Part shown: positions 13,321 through 26,954 of the stretch, piece after piece
How the letters are laid out: every line of letters starts with the position of its first letter
Numbering within the stretch: position 1 is the first letter of the stretch
Assembly (NCBI GenBank): GCA_964016885.1
Contig: OZ024750.1
Location: forward strand, 24,676,001 to 24,740,000
From: Eledone cirrhosa
Lineage: Eukaryota
Direction of reading: 5' to 3'
DNA: 64,000 nt
Notes under the pieces: model-generated
Database searches by the model: none
What the model was told of the DNA's origin: nothing
What the model saw: the letters and a program-made list of their open reading frames with translations, nothing else
Program-made: the position numbers and the translations under genes

Positions 13321-13450
13321 CCTGCCCGCCCAGCCAGTGGGATGGCGTTGTCTTATGGCTAAAACAGCACGACGTGCTGTGACCAGCGGCGCCGATTGTC
13401 GCCCGACTGGCGCCCGACAGACTGGTCGGTCAAGGTGATCAAGGTGATAT

Positions 13451-13558
13451 AACCAGATGGACCATAACGCACCAGAGTACTCAATACTTAGGGTAGTAGA
13501 GTGGGTAATAGGAAAAAGTTTAAGCCCGACGGCAGAGCTCAAGCCGTTTCGACGGCTA
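13451..13558 (-). mobile_element. PLE family A 3' fragment, single arm
   Basis: Homology to 60224-60332. Confidence 0.8.
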
Positions 13559-13731
13559 TATATATATATATATATATATAGGGGACCTGTTTTCTACTGT
13601 AGAAATCTCCGTTTTACTCACAAATATGAGTTTAACCAGAAATGTACAGATTCACAGATTCATTTTAGTTGATATGTCTTTAGTGCTCCTTTACACTTAG
13701 TCTTCTTTGTTTTTAACTGAGAACATCCGAA

Positions 13732-13768
<37 letters not shown>

Positions 13769-13777
13769 TGTGTGTGT

Positions 13778-13847
<70 letters not shown>

Positions 13848-14422
13848 AGAGGTCCATTTCAGTATCATCAGGTCCCAGGTTCAATCTCACTGCGGACATC
13901 ATGGACATATGTATTATATTTCTCCATAGCGTCTGGTCAACTGGAGGCAATGGTGTGTGAAATATATGCTAGAAATGTATGCTATTTTGACTCCAGATGA
14001 ATAAGAGAGTAAAACTCCAAAGTTTTACTCTCCAGAGAATATCAATCCATATTCTTGAAAAACAAAAATAGTCTGCTTATCGATTATTTGTGAGAGTTAT
14101 ATAAGAAAATGTTCAACAATATAACCAAAATCTACAAACTATACACTCCAGTAATATCATGCATATGCCACCACCTCTCTATATATGTGGGTGTGCGTGT
14201 ATTTTATGTGTAGATACGAGTATATATGGGAAAACATATATATATATTTATATAAAGAGAGAGAATTACAAAAATATTTTTTTAAGAACACCATAATCCA
14301 GATGTGTGGGAATAACTGCCACAGGATCTACCAATTGGAATAATTCGTACGTTGAGTAAACACTGGTGTATGAGGTCCTTTATTCTTGTTGAACAATCAA
14401 ATTAAATGATTACACTAACGCA

Positions 14423-14466
<44 letters not shown>

Positions 14467-14469
<3 letters not shown>

Positions 14470-14677
14470 AAAAAGTATGACCCCGACGGCAGAGCTCAAG
14501 CCGTTTCGACGGCTATTTCTGGACTTATGAGCAAACAACTGAGTCTGTCCAGAAATAGCCGTCGAAACGGCTCGAGCTCTGCCGTCGGGGTCATACTTTT
14601 TCCTAATTTCCCACTCTACTACCCTAAGTATTGAGTACTCTGGTGCGTTATGGTCCATCCTTACCACAATTCCTTTG

Positions 14678-14680
<3 letters not shown>
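14467..14680. mobile_element. PLE family A mini-insertion (short arm -, long arm +) with ~20-nt foreign spacer
   Basis: Inverted arms around 14527-14548; (TA)n flanks. Confidence 0.85.
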
Positions 14681-14749
<69 letters not shown>

Positions 14750-14820
14750 AGGAAGTGTAACGCGAAGTTACTGTAGGTTCACCCAGGTTGTCGATGTTTA
14801 GATTCACGTCTACATTGCTA

Positions 14821-14922
14821 CAGAAGAGGTCCGACGAGCTTTTTATTCCAGAGTCGGCCCAGATCGAACCTTGAGCTGATCAATAGCGAAACGCGCGTCA
14901 CCAATCAGTAAAGCCTCTTCCT
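14821..14922 (+). ncRNA. Hammerhead-like motif, U4C core, with family D stem II module
   Basis: GGU CCGACGA GCU...AGC GAAA CGCGCG UC ACC; upstream GAAGAGG can pair with downstream CCUCUUC. Confidence 0.6.
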
Positions 14923-14963
14923 GCTATTTCAAGCGTTAACCTAATATATTCCTTCCATATACC

Positions 14964-15066
<103 letters not shown>

Positions 15067-15520
15067 GATAGATATATATATATATATATATACACATAGA
15101 TATATATATATATATATTGGTGAATTTGGCGAATATTCCGAAAGTGGAATCTATAGATCAGGCAGCCTCACGCCCGGATTATACATACTCTCGTATGACT
15201 GTAGGAAATGCTTGAAAGCCACTACATCTATTGAACTACCATCTGACTTCAATAAGTCTCATGACCAATGCAATGGCGACATGAGCAAACAACTGGGTCT
15301 GTAACAAATTTTGGTGTGAGAGATTACCCATCCTTTTCATGATTTGGAAAAAAAATGCCTTGCGTGATAATTTGTTTACATTCGTTTACATTCCGATGTC
15401 AAATCCTGTTTGATTGTCGGATGAGATACCTGGCGATATTTTCCTGTTTTCTATTTTTTTTATTTCTTTTCGCTTTGAGCTGAGATCAAAATATCAAAGT
15501 CCCGTCGTGAACTAGTTAGG

Positions 15521-15976
15521 TGGTAGATTTGATCCGTCCTCCTGTTTAATACTACCAGCTGTGTCTTTGCGTGAAAGACTCGATCCGTCACTCCGTTTAA
15601 CACCACAACCTGTGTCCTTGGATGGTAGATTTGATCCGTCTCTCGGTTTAACACCACAACCTGTGTCCTTGGGTGGTAGATTTGATCCATCCCTCTGTCT
15701 AAAACCACAACCTGTGTCCTTTGATGGTAGATTTGATCCATCTCTCGGGTTAACACCACAACCTGTCTCCTTGGATGGTAGATTTGATTCATCCTTCTGT
15801 TTAATACCACAACCTGTGTCCTTGGGTGGTAGATTTGATCCATCCCTCTGTCTAAAACCACAGCTTGTGTCCTTGGATGGTAGATTTGATCCGTCTCTCG
15901 GTTTAACACCACAACCTGTGTCCTTGGATGGTAGATTTGATCCATCCTTCTGTTTAATACTACAACCTGTGTCCTT
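15521..15976. repeat. 51-bp minisatellite, ~9 copies
   Basis: Period 15626 to 15677; explains the repetitive ORFs (KDTGCGVKPRDGSNLPS etc.). Confidence 0.95.
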
Positions 15977-16291
15977 AAATAATTCAAGATCGCGATGGCT
16001 AATGTAAAAGTTTTGGTGATTAATTTTTACTTTGGCGATCAGTCTACCACTGAAACTTAATGACTTACTAATGACAATCATATTATTGGTAATGATCACC
16101 AATTTAAGCAAAAAGTCAATAATATTTGTTAATGTTTTTGTGAAGAAGGGGGAGTCGATTGTATTGATCCGCAGTAGTTGACTGGTATTTTGTAATCTTG
16201 ATTCCAGAAAGATGAAAAGATGAAAAAGAAACCTAACTAATTACCACAAAGTATTTTCTCTGACGCTCTAACGATTCTGCCTATCCATCAC

Positions 16292-16670
16292 CCTTGATAT
16301 TTGATAATAATTGTACTAAACTAATCACTACAACTAAATTGACCAAATTTGGTCCCCCACCCACCTAATTCAGAAATGCTTCCACAAGGCCAGCAATTAC
16401 CCAGTACATTACTGGTACTTTATTTTATCGAGTAATGCACTGGGGTAATTGCTGGCCTTGTGCCAAAAGTAGAAACAATTATAATGTGTATGGGGCGGTG
16501 GAAGCATTTCTGAATTAGGTGGGTGGGGGACCAAATTTGGTCAATTTAGTTGTAGTGATTAGTTTAGTACAATTATTATCAAATATCAGGGTCGATAAAA
16601 TAAAGTACCAGTAATGCACTGGGTAATTGCTGGCCTTGTGCCCAAAGTGGAGACAATTATAGGGAATGTT
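16292..16670. repeat. ~92-bp inverted duplication interleaved with SINE A 3' fragments
   Basis: 16292-16385 is the reverse complement of 16498-16590. Confidence 0.85.
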
Positions 16671-17424
16671 CCTATTTTCCATCTCTGTTATTGTAATCTC
16701 CATTTCCATACATGTAGTATCCACCGGTTTACGGCTGCCCTTGTGCTGTCCCAAATTTACGAATATTCCTTATATTGTTTCAGTACTGATTTCATTTTTA
16801 CACATTGAACAATCTAATTCGTAGTGAATCCTTAGTTATCGGACATGCATTCATTCATTAAAAAATGTTATCATCTTTTATGATTTAATTTATAGTTAGA
16901 GGGTTTTCTATATATAAATTTTTGCAATTCTGTCACAACGCGTACCAGTAATGCACTGGATAATTGCTGGCCTTGTGCCAAAACGTAGAAACAATTATTA
17001 TCAAAGTATCAACGAAGATATATATATAAAAAAAAAAAAAAATTCGATATGCGATAAAAATAACATATATATAAATTGTAGCGTATATAGAAATAGATAA
17101 GTGTTTTGGTAGTTTGGGAGAAATATATAATTATTGGAGAGGGGGACATGTCGCCTCTGAGTCCCCCCTCCCTCCCCTGTTTCACAACCCCTGGTGTGTA
17201 TATACATACATGGACATTGATGAAATTAGTTTCAACTGCAGATAGAGTGGTGTACGTCTTTCCAGTCTGTAAACGTTTCAGAGGTGCATATATTAGTATA
17301 TTGTTAATTTTACAGTTGGTTTCACTATTTTTAACTTAAGACATCACGTGAATCAGTAAACGATTTAATTATGTATATGCGCCTAATGTTATATATGTTA
17401 TATATGTATGTATGTATGTGTGTA

Positions 17425-17475
<51 letters not shown>

Positions 17476-17565
17476 AAAATAACGTCTAGTTACAATAGAT
17501 TTACCAGAGTATAAACATATATATATATATATACTGTATATATATATATATATATATATACATAC

Positions 17566-17683
<118 letters not shown>

Positions 17684-17765
17684 GTATATATATACATGTA
17701 TATATATATATATATATGGAAAATAACGTCTAGTTACAATAGATTTACCAGAGTATAAACATATA

Positions 17766-17990
<225 letters not shown>

Positions 17991-18389
17991 ATAAATGTGT
18001 ATGTGTGTGTGTATATATATAATAATGAAATTATTGTGTAAAGTGCTCAGGTGCACTACAACATATATATGCATATATGTATGTTTGTGTGTTTCTATTT
18101 ATGTACGTCGGACTGTATGCATGTATATATGTATATATATATGTGTGTGTCTGTGTGTGTGTACATGTGTATGTGTGTGTGTATATGTATGTGTGTATAT
18201 ATATTTATATATACATATATATATGTATATATATATATGTGTGTGTGTGTGTGTATACATGTGTGCGTATATGTATATGTGTATATATATTTATATATAC
18301 ATATATATATATTTGTGTTTCTATTTGTGTACGTCAAATTGTATGTGTATGTATATATATGTGAGTGTGTGTATGTATAATTGTACGTA

Positions 18390-18429
<40 letters not shown>

Positions 18430-18730
18430 ATGTACGACTAATTGTACATATATATATGTGCGTGTCCATGTGTATGTGTGTGTACGTGTATAATTGTATG
18501 TATGTGTGTATTTCTTAATGTATAGCTTTTCCTTTCTTCCCAGCTACTATAATTACATGTATGTATTGATTGTGATTATCTACATAACAATCACAGCAAT
18601 GTATTAACACACAAGTGCCTGCCTGTATGCTCTTCGTTTGTTTTAGCTGTCAAGGTTAAGGCAATGCTGAGACACCGCCTCGTTTGTTTATATATATATA
18701 CACTTATATACATATATATATATATATATA

Positions 18731-18856
18731 TATTGTTATACTTGGGGAGGGTCATATTTGTGTAATATTGCCTGAATTAATAACAGAACACACTCACTGT
18801 TTGGTTGGTTTTCGCGAAATATTACACAAATATGATCCTCCCCAAGTATAACAATA
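18731..18856. repeat. Short inverted repeat element (~39-bp arms), related to family E flanks
   Basis: TATTGTTATACTTGGGGAGGGTCATATTTGTGTAATATT mirrored at 18818-18856; similar ends at ~46895 and ~4535. Confidence 0.7.
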
Positions 18857-18920
18857 TTTGTTTCGACACACGATTTCTTATAAAAAACCTCGCAAAACTA
18901 ATTCATCGCCGTTATATATA

Positions 18921-19100
18921 TGGATTGGCAGTGTCGGTAGAGGGTCGGACGCCATGCTTTCCAGCATAGTTATGTCCCTTTGCGATCTGAGTTCAAATCC
19001 CGCCGAGGTTGACTTTGCCTTTCATCCTTACGGGGTCGATAAAATAAAGTACCAGTAATGCACTGGGTAATTGCTGGCCTTGTGCCTAAAGTAGAAACAG
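18921..19100 (+). mobile_element. SINE family A
   Basis: Full homology to 51919-52102. Confidence 0.9.
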
Positions 19101-19292
19101 TTATATATATATATATTTATATATTTAATACATTAACAGAGAAAGCTTTTAGCGATACTCCGACCAACTGCCATCTCACTCAACAAGCAGGATATACCTG
19201 AGTATATTCCCAATTATGCGTTCGGGGTGCTAACTATTTTGTATTTCGTGGATAGTTGGCTGTATTATTTTATATGAGACATGATTGAATAA

Positions 19293-19356
<64 letters not shown>

Positions 19357-19359
<3 letters not shown>

Positions 19360-19557
19360 AACGAGTAGGACCGCGACGGCTGAGCTCAACCCGTTTCGAC
19401 GGCTAATTCTGGACTAAATTAGTCCAGAATTAGCCGTCGAAACGGCTTGAGCTCAGCCGTCGGGGTCCTACTCGTTCCTATTACTCACTCTACTACCCTA
19501 AGTATTGAGTACTTTGGTGCGTTATGGTCCACCTGGTTCCTTACCACATTTCCTTCG

Positions 19558-19560
<3 letters not shown>
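19357..19560. mobile_element. PLE family A mini-insertion (short arm -, long arm +)
   Basis: Centre GGACTAAATTAGTCC at 19411-19425; (TA)n flanks. Confidence 0.85.
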
Positions 19561-19593
<33 letters not shown>

Positions 19594-19630
19594 TGATGTG
19601 AGAAAAACTACAGACCCTCCATCTCAACTC

Positions 19631-19670
19631 TACTTTTGAAAAGCAGAAGAACTGCGAAACCGGTAAAGGA
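19631..19670 (+). ncRNA. Minimal hammerhead with U3-A8 core
   Basis: UACUU UUGAAAA GCAG-AAGAA-CUGC GAAA CCGG UA AAGGA; palindromic ACCGGU stem III; AAUAAA follows; stem I is weak (one mismatch). Confidence 0.6.
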
Positions 19671-19797
19671 ACCAAATAAATATATATATTTTTTTTAAAT
19701 AAGACTCCAGTTGCATTTTCGATTTCATCTTTTTTTCTTTATACTTTCACTCGTGTAGGACACCTCGGTTATTTTTCATTTTGTAAAAAAACATCAC

Positions 19798-19842
<45 letters not shown>

Positions 19843-19857
19843 TATATATATATATAT

Positions 19858-20050
19858 AACGAAGGAAGTGTGGTAAGGAACCAGATGGACCATAACGCAC
19901 CAGAGTACTCAATACTTAGAGTAGTAGAGTGGGTAATAGGAAAATGAATGACCCCGACGGCAGAGCTCAAGCCGTTGCGACGGCTATTTCAGTCCAGAAA
20001 TAGCCGTCGAAACGGCTTGAGTTCTGCCGTCGGGGTCATACATTTTCCTA
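19858..20050. mobile_element. PLE family A mini-insertion (long arm -, short arm +)
   Basis: Inverted arms meeting at ~19990; (TA)n flanks. Confidence 0.85.
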
Positions 20051-20080
20051 TATATATATATAGTTATATGTATATATATA

Positions 20081-20121
<41 letters not shown>

Positions 20122-20267
20122 ATGTATGTATGTATGTGTGTGTGTGTGTGTGTGAGTGTGTGTGTGTGCATAAATGTTCTAAGATATTCTATTAAACATG
20201 TATAATCTATATGTACAAAACATTTTTGGGTCTCTCTTTCTGTATCTATATATACATATATATATAC

Positions 20268-20302
<35 letters not shown>

Positions 20303-20305
20303 CCC

Positions 20306-20366
<61 letters not shown>

Positions 20367-20417
20367 AAGGTGGCAATAAATGCGTCCATAGTTGGAAGAA
20401 ATGCCTTGAAAACGATA

Positions 20418-20510
20418 AACATATCTGAGGATTCGCGAATCCAGAGTCAGGTTCGATCTATAATAGATCCCACCTTGAGCTGTTCGTCGGAGAAACACAT
20501 GTAATATGTT
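20418..20510 (+). ncRNA. Type I hammerhead ribozyme with extended stem II (family D)
   Basis: AACAUAU CUGAGGA (20425-20431)...GAAA (20492-20495) CACAUG UA AUAUGUU; AAUAAA immediately after. Confidence 0.75.
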
Positions 20511-20661
20511 AATAAATTGTGTTTTGATGTGATGCATCACTGATTCCTCGTTATTTATAATATACTTATATATACAGTATAAAATAAAGATGCCTGTACT
20601 CTACCAACGTATTGAGTGACTTCCCGATCCCTATCGGGAATCCACCCATACTTGTATGTGA

Positions 20662-20726
<65 letters not shown>

Positions 20727-20730
20727 CATT

Positions 20731-20760
<30 letters not shown>

Positions 20761-20761
<1 letters not shown>

Positions 20762-20857
20762 TGAGTCAAGTATGAAATTTGTAGAAATTTGTTGTTGTTT
20801 TTATAAATTTCTACAAATTTAGGGCGGTCTTCTAGAGAATTTATTCACATTTAGTTT

Positions 20858-20924
<67 letters not shown>

Positions 20925-21018
20925 AGTCAAGTATGAAATTTGTAGAAATTTGTTGTTGTTTTTATAAATTTCTACAAATTTAGGGCGGTCTTCTAGAGAA
21001 TTTATTCACATTTAGTTT

Positions 21019-21054
<36 letters not shown>

Positions 21055-21276
21055 ATCAAAAGATGGTTAAAGGAGTTCCATGTATTTTATTATGCGCATT
21101 TCAAAAACAAACATCATCATGCAATAATATTTGTGTTTTCATCAGATAAAACAGGAGAACATGATATGAAGGCTAAAAAACACTTGTGGATAGTGCAGTT
21201 TTAAATCAACATATATATATATATCCAATATATATCCAATATATATCCAATATATATCCAATATATATATATATAA

Positions 21277-21319
<43 letters not shown>

Positions 21320-21388
21320 CGTCAAGTATGAAATTTGTAGAAATTTGTCGTTGTTTAATAAATTTCTACAAATTTCATACTTGACAAT

Positions 21389-21487
<99 letters not shown>

Positions 21488-21530
21488 CAAAACTAAATGT
21501 GAATAAACTCTCTAGAAGACCGCCCACAAA
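20761..21530. repeat. TA-embedded palindromic short repeat family (direct and inverted copies)
   Basis: 20761-20859 duplicated at 20922-21020; palindrome at 21321-21385; inverted tail at 21488-21525. Confidence 0.75.
21083..21153 (-). ncRNA. Type I hammerhead ribozyme (family C-like)
   Basis: Minus strand: UGUUUUAU CUGAUGA AAACACAAAUAU...AUGUUUGUUUUU GAAA UGCGCA UA AUAAAAUA; palindromic AUGCGCAU stem III. Confidence 0.75.
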
Positions 21531-22012
21531 CTGTTGAATGTCTGTTAAAATACAAAATGCTGTGCACTGCCATTCTTTTCTTACCAACCATTCTTAAAGA
21601 AGACACACAACAGACAGCAGAATTCCACCACTTGTTCCCACGGCCTAATCAACATTCAACATCATTTCTTCTCACCATCTCTCTTGTAATCCCCCCCCCC
21701 CCATCCATCCATCTGCTTACTCTTGTAAGCCGCCCTTTTCATATTCTTTTTCTTGTTAGCCCCCTCCCACCACCACCACCACCACCACCACCACCACCAC
21801 CATCCTACGCTATATCCTTTTCAATTGCCTTTTTCACAGCTGTTTCGCTTTCTTGTCTTCAACTGTTGAACTATTTAGTGAAAGATGCACGCACGCGATC
21901 ATGCACACATATATATATACACACGCGCGTGCATTCATACATGCATACATACATACATGCATACATACATGCATACATACGTACATACGTACATACGTAC
22001 ATACGTACATAG

Positions 22013-22559
22013 GACATGGAAAAGAAGGCATGCACAGTAGTGGAAGTTAGCTGCCCAGCAGATGCCAATATAATATCAAAGATTAGCGAAAAGGAGAATA
22101 TTTATGCAGAACTGATGAGAAATCTGCAGATACTCCACCCTGATTATACCTTCAGATTTATGCCTGTGATTATTGGGCCACTGGGATATGTTAGTAACTG
22201 CCTCAATACAAATCTTGAGAAGCTGGGCTTCACAGGAACAGAAAGAACACAACTAGTTAGGAAATTACAAGTACAATCCATTAATGGAACAGTAGAAATA
22301 TGTAAAACATTCCAAAAATTCTGCATCTAATAACTGCATATACACTTGTACAGATACAAAGCATATACACATGCACTCATACAACTCAAAACATCCACAT
22401 CCACACATACAATAACATCCATACCTGCACACACATGCATGCAGACATGCAGACATATCTACCTAGTTGATGTTGTGTAAATTCCAATGAGAGAGTCTTG
22501 TGTCTATGTTAGAAACCGACTCTCTCTCTCTATTGGTAAAACTTTCTGAAATTATAAAA
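22013..22559 (+). mobile_element. 5'-truncated non-LTR retrotransposon with restriction-like endonuclease (R4/Dong-like), inserted in (CATA)n
   Basis: ORF 22016-22330 (VVEVSCPADANI..K..EK...Y..L......P......PVIIGPLG) fits the C-terminal RLE domain; 3' UTR hairpin GAGAGAGTC/GACTCTCTC; further partial copies at 22948-23330. Confidence 0.75.
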
Positions 22560-22625
22560 CATACATACATACATACATACATACATACATACATACATAC
22601 ATACATACATACATACATACATACA

Positions 22626-22912
22626 TGGTGGCTGCCAACTCGTTTTCGAGTACGGCCACTACTTTATATCCATGTAGGAGAACCCCTGTGACTTTTTAGT
22701 CCAGCCAGCGACTTGAAAACTCTGGTACAAACACTACACTTGTGACAATTATTGACACATAGTGCTGGGCCCATGGTACAATGTGACGACAAGTGCAGAG
22801 AGATGTCCAGATATAAAGCAATGCCTGTGGCGTGAAGTTTTTATAGTGAGCAAAGGCACTGCACAAAGCCAGTCCCACTCTCTTAACCAAGATGATATTT
22901 ACCAAAAAGAAC
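22626..22912 (-). mobile_element. Non-coding retro-like repeat ending in (ATGT)n, truncated copy
   Basis: Homologous to 32511-33082, 39210-39466 and 39515-40037; the end ...GTTGGCAGCCACC(ATGT)n is shared. Confidence 0.75.
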
Positions 22913-23899
22913 ACACACACATGCATACATACATACATACATACATACATTCCAAAAATTCTGCATCTAATAACTGCATATACATTTGTACAGATACAAA
23001 GCATATGCACATGCACACATATAACTCAAAACATCCACATCCACACATACAATAACATCCATACCTGCACACACATGCATGCAGACATGCATACATATCT
23101 ACCTAGTTGATGTTGTGTAAATTTCAATGAGAGAGTCTCTGTAGAAACCTTGAGAAGGTGGGCTTCACAGCACCAGAAAGGGCACGGCTGGTTAGGAAGT
23201 GTTCAGAAATTCTTGATGTAATAATTGCATATACACATGTATAGGCACAGAAACATAAGCACGTGTACACATATAACTGAAAATATGCAGATGCACACAT
23301 ACAATAACATCCATACCTGCACACACACACACATACACACACATATATATATATATACATATATATATACATATATATATACATATATATATATATGTAC
23401 TGTATATATATATATACACCCGCAGACATACATAATGGTAAAATGAAATTATCTTTTAAAGTATTATATAATATGGAAAGTTATATAAGGCTAAAAATGC
23501 ATAATGGACGCTAAGATGAAGGTAACGAAAAATTTAGTTACCTGTAAATCTTTGTTACTTTTTGTTACTGTTGTTTCTTTTGTCCTAATATTTCGGGTCT
23601 TAAAATTCCCTTCATCAGAGTATAAGGAGCTCAGAGAAAACTGTTCCAGTTTCTTCTCTTTGGAATTAAATTTATCTTTTAAAGGTGGATAATTTTTATA
23701 CATCAATAAATCTGGTTATTCTGAACTAATGAAGTGACTAACAAAAGTGATGTTTCCTTTCCCTGGCCGTCACATTAACTAGTTTCACATTTTCACATTC
23801 ATAATTTCGGTGATTGACTAATTCAAGATCGCGATGGCTAATGTTTTGGTGATTAATTTTTACTTTGGCGGCCAGTCTACCTCTGAAGGTCAATGACTT

Positions 23900-25250
23900 A
23901 CTAGTGAGAATCATATTACTGACTTCTTATCTAGAAACATCACAACTGTATAAGACGAGGGAAATGATAGTGCTATTAATGACTCCATACCTTACCTAGA
24001 AACATTACAACTGTATAAGACGAGGGAAATGATAGTGCTATTAATGACTTCATACCTTACCTAGAAACATCACAACTGTATAAGACGAGGTTAGTGACAA
24101 TCTTATTAATGACTTCTTACCTAGAAACATCACAACTGTATAAGACGAGGTTAGTGACAATCCTATTACTGACTTCTTATCTAGAAACACCACAACTGTA
24201 TAAGACGAGGTTAGTGACAATCCTATTACTGACTTCTTACCTAGAAACACCACAACTGTATAAGACGAGGTTAGTGACAATCCTATTACTGACTTCTTAC
24301 CTAGAAACACCACAACTGTATAAGACGAGGTTAGTGACAATCCTATTACTGACTTCTTACCTAGAAACACCATAACTGTATAAGACGAGGTTAGTGACAA
24401 TCCTATTACTGACTTCTTATCTAGAAACACCACAACTGTATAAGACGAGGTTAGTGACAATCCTATTACTGACTTCTTATCTAGAAACACCACAACTGTA
24501 TAAGACGAGGTTAGTGACAATCCTATTACTGACTTCTTACCTAGAAACACCACAACTGTATAAGACGAGGTTAGTGACAATCCTATTACTGACTTCTTAT
24601 CTAGAAACACCACAACTGTATAAGACGAGGTTAGTGACAATCCTATTACTGACTTCTTACCTAGAAACACCACAACTGTATAAGACGAGGTTAGTGACAA
24701 TCCTATTACTGACTTCTTACCTAGAAACACCACAACTGTATAAGACGAGGTTAGTGACAATCCTATTACTGACTTCTTATCTAGAAACACCACAACTGTA
24801 TAAGACGAGGTTAGTGACAATCCTATTACTGACTTCTTATCTAGAAACACCACAACTGTATAAGACGAGGTTAGTGACAATCCTATTACTGACTTCTTAC
24901 CTAGAAACACCACAACTGTATAAGACGAGGTTAGTGACAATCCTATTACTGACTTCTTATCTAGAAACACCACAACTGTATAAGACGAGGTTAGTGACAA
25001 TCTTATTACTGACTTCTTATCTAGAAACACCACAACTGTATAAGACGAGGTTAGTGACAATTTTATTACTGACTTCTTACCTAGAAACACTACAACTGTA
25101 TAAGACGAGGTTAGTGACAAACCTATAAATGACTCCATACCTTACCTAGAAACACTACAACTGTATAAGACGAGGTTAGTGACAAACCTATAAATGACTC
25201 CATACCTTACCTAGAAACATCACAATTGTATAAGACGAGGGAAATGACAA
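23900..25250. repeat. 60-bp minisatellite, ~21 copies
   Basis: CTAGAAACACCACAACTGTATAAGACGAGGTTAGTGACAATCCTATTACTGACTTCTTAY; source of the 362-aa and 244-aa repetitive ORFs. Confidence 0.95.
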
Positions 25251-25427
25251 AACTCAACGTTCGTGCCCTTTCCATAAACACAGCAATTCACATTGACCAC
25301 AGTTTTCTTACATGGTATTTTATGCTAACATAAATGTCAAATGTAATATTAAAGATCAACGTAAAAATTTAATGATATTTGGATATCATTAGATTATTAA
25401 TAACGATTTTTTTAGTAGATTATTAAT

Positions 25428-25603
25428 AATTGTGTCTACTATAGGCACAAGGCCAGCAATTACCCAGTACATTACTGGTACTTTATTTTATCGACCCCGT
25501 AAGGATGTAAGGCAAAGTTAACCTCGGCGGGATTTGAACTCAGACCATAAAGGGCCGTAACTCTTTGCTACAAAGCATGGCGTCCGACCCTCTACCGATA
25601 CTG
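25428..25603 (-). mobile_element. SINE family A
   Basis: Homology to other copies. Confidence 0.85.
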
Positions 25604-26139
25604 TTAATTAATGACTTCATTTATTTCATTCTTTTCGTCTTTTTCTTTAATTTTTTCTTGTTTCTCCTCTCTCTCTTTCTCTCTCTCAACTTCTATGCTC
25701 CTCTCTCTTGGCAGTCCCCATCTCTCTCTCAACTCCCCCTCCTCCTCTTTTCTCTCAACCTCCTCTCTCTCAACCTCCCATCCTCTCTCTCTCTCTCTCT
25801 CTCTCAACCTCTCTCCCGCTCAACCTCCTCTCACTCAACTTCTCACCCTCTGTCTCAACCCCCTCCCCCCATCCTCTCTCTTGGCAGTCCCCATCTCTAC
25901 CACTCTCTCAACCTCCCATCCTCTCTCTCTCTCTCTCTCAACCTCCCCTCTTCCTCTCTCTCTCAACCTCCCATTTCATCACTTTCTTTACTCCCACCAT
26001 CTTTATTTCCTCCTTACAAATACCTTTTAAGCTCCTCTCAAACACGTGTTTGTTTTTTTATTTGTTGGTCCTTTCGTTTTTTTTTTTTGTGTGTGTTTTG
26101 TTTTCTGTTGTTTTGCTGTTCTTGTGTTTTATCTTCTGC

Positions 26140-26450
26140 GACTAACCCAGGTTCTGCTGCACGTCGGGCTGAGGAGGCCAAACTCTCAAGTACCGGCCGC
26201 TCTCCGACTGGTTTGCGCTCGTACCCTTGGCAGGGGAGACTTCTAGTGTCCTTGGTCCTAGGGTTACCTCCCTATTCACCACACCATAGGCGCTGAGCTG
26301 GCCAGCCGCAGGTGTGAGCCTCGCGAGTTGGAATGGCTCTTCCAACGCAGCGCATCTCCCTTACCATCCTCCGGGGAAACGCTTTCTCCATTCTGTCCGC
26401 CGGGGCTGTGGGGGGAGGCCAGCACGTGGGACCCCATTTGCTCACCATAC
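26140..26450. repeat. Unclassified GC-rich dispersed repeat (long copy)
   Basis: GC-rich island in low-complexity DNA; its right half recurs at 2050-2193. Confidence 0.65.
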
Positions 26451-26607
26451 ACAGAGATGGGGAGGGCCAGAGAGATAGAGGCGATGATATATATGTGTGT
26501 GCGTGTATGTGTACGTTTCTCGCTATTTCTTTTATTATTACATTTATTTTCCTATTATCTATATCTTATCGATCTGACTTGTTGTCGTTGCTGCTGTTGT
26601 TGTTGTT

Positions 26608-26639
<32 letters not shown>

Positions 26640-26738
26640 AGCCGTTGTTATTGTAGTCGTTGTTGTTGTAGTCGTTGTCGTTGCTGTTGTTGTTGCCGAT
26701 GTTGTTGTTGTAGTCGTTGTTGTTGTAGTCGTTATTGT

Positions 26739-26772
<34 letters not shown>

Positions 26773-26954
26773 GTTGTTGTCGTTATTGTTGTTGTTGTTG
26801 TCGTCGTTGTTATTGTTGTTGTTGTTATAAATAAAGTCCAATCTCTTACTACCAGATCTTCTTTTTGACTCCTTCTTTGAAATATAAATAAAGGAAACTC
26901 TGTTACTAAATATAGGTTACCGATATCTGATTAAAACTAATTATTGGTGGGTTG

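Noticed and set aside
24050-25138. 362-aa and 244-aa repetitive ORFs
   Set aside because: A 60-bp satellite that is open on both strands; no splice or domain support.
26140-26450. Telomerase RNA or RNase P/MRP identity (CTAACCC; CAGAACCTGGGTTA)
   Set aside because: Template too short, and no pseudoknot or matching P4 strand found by eye.
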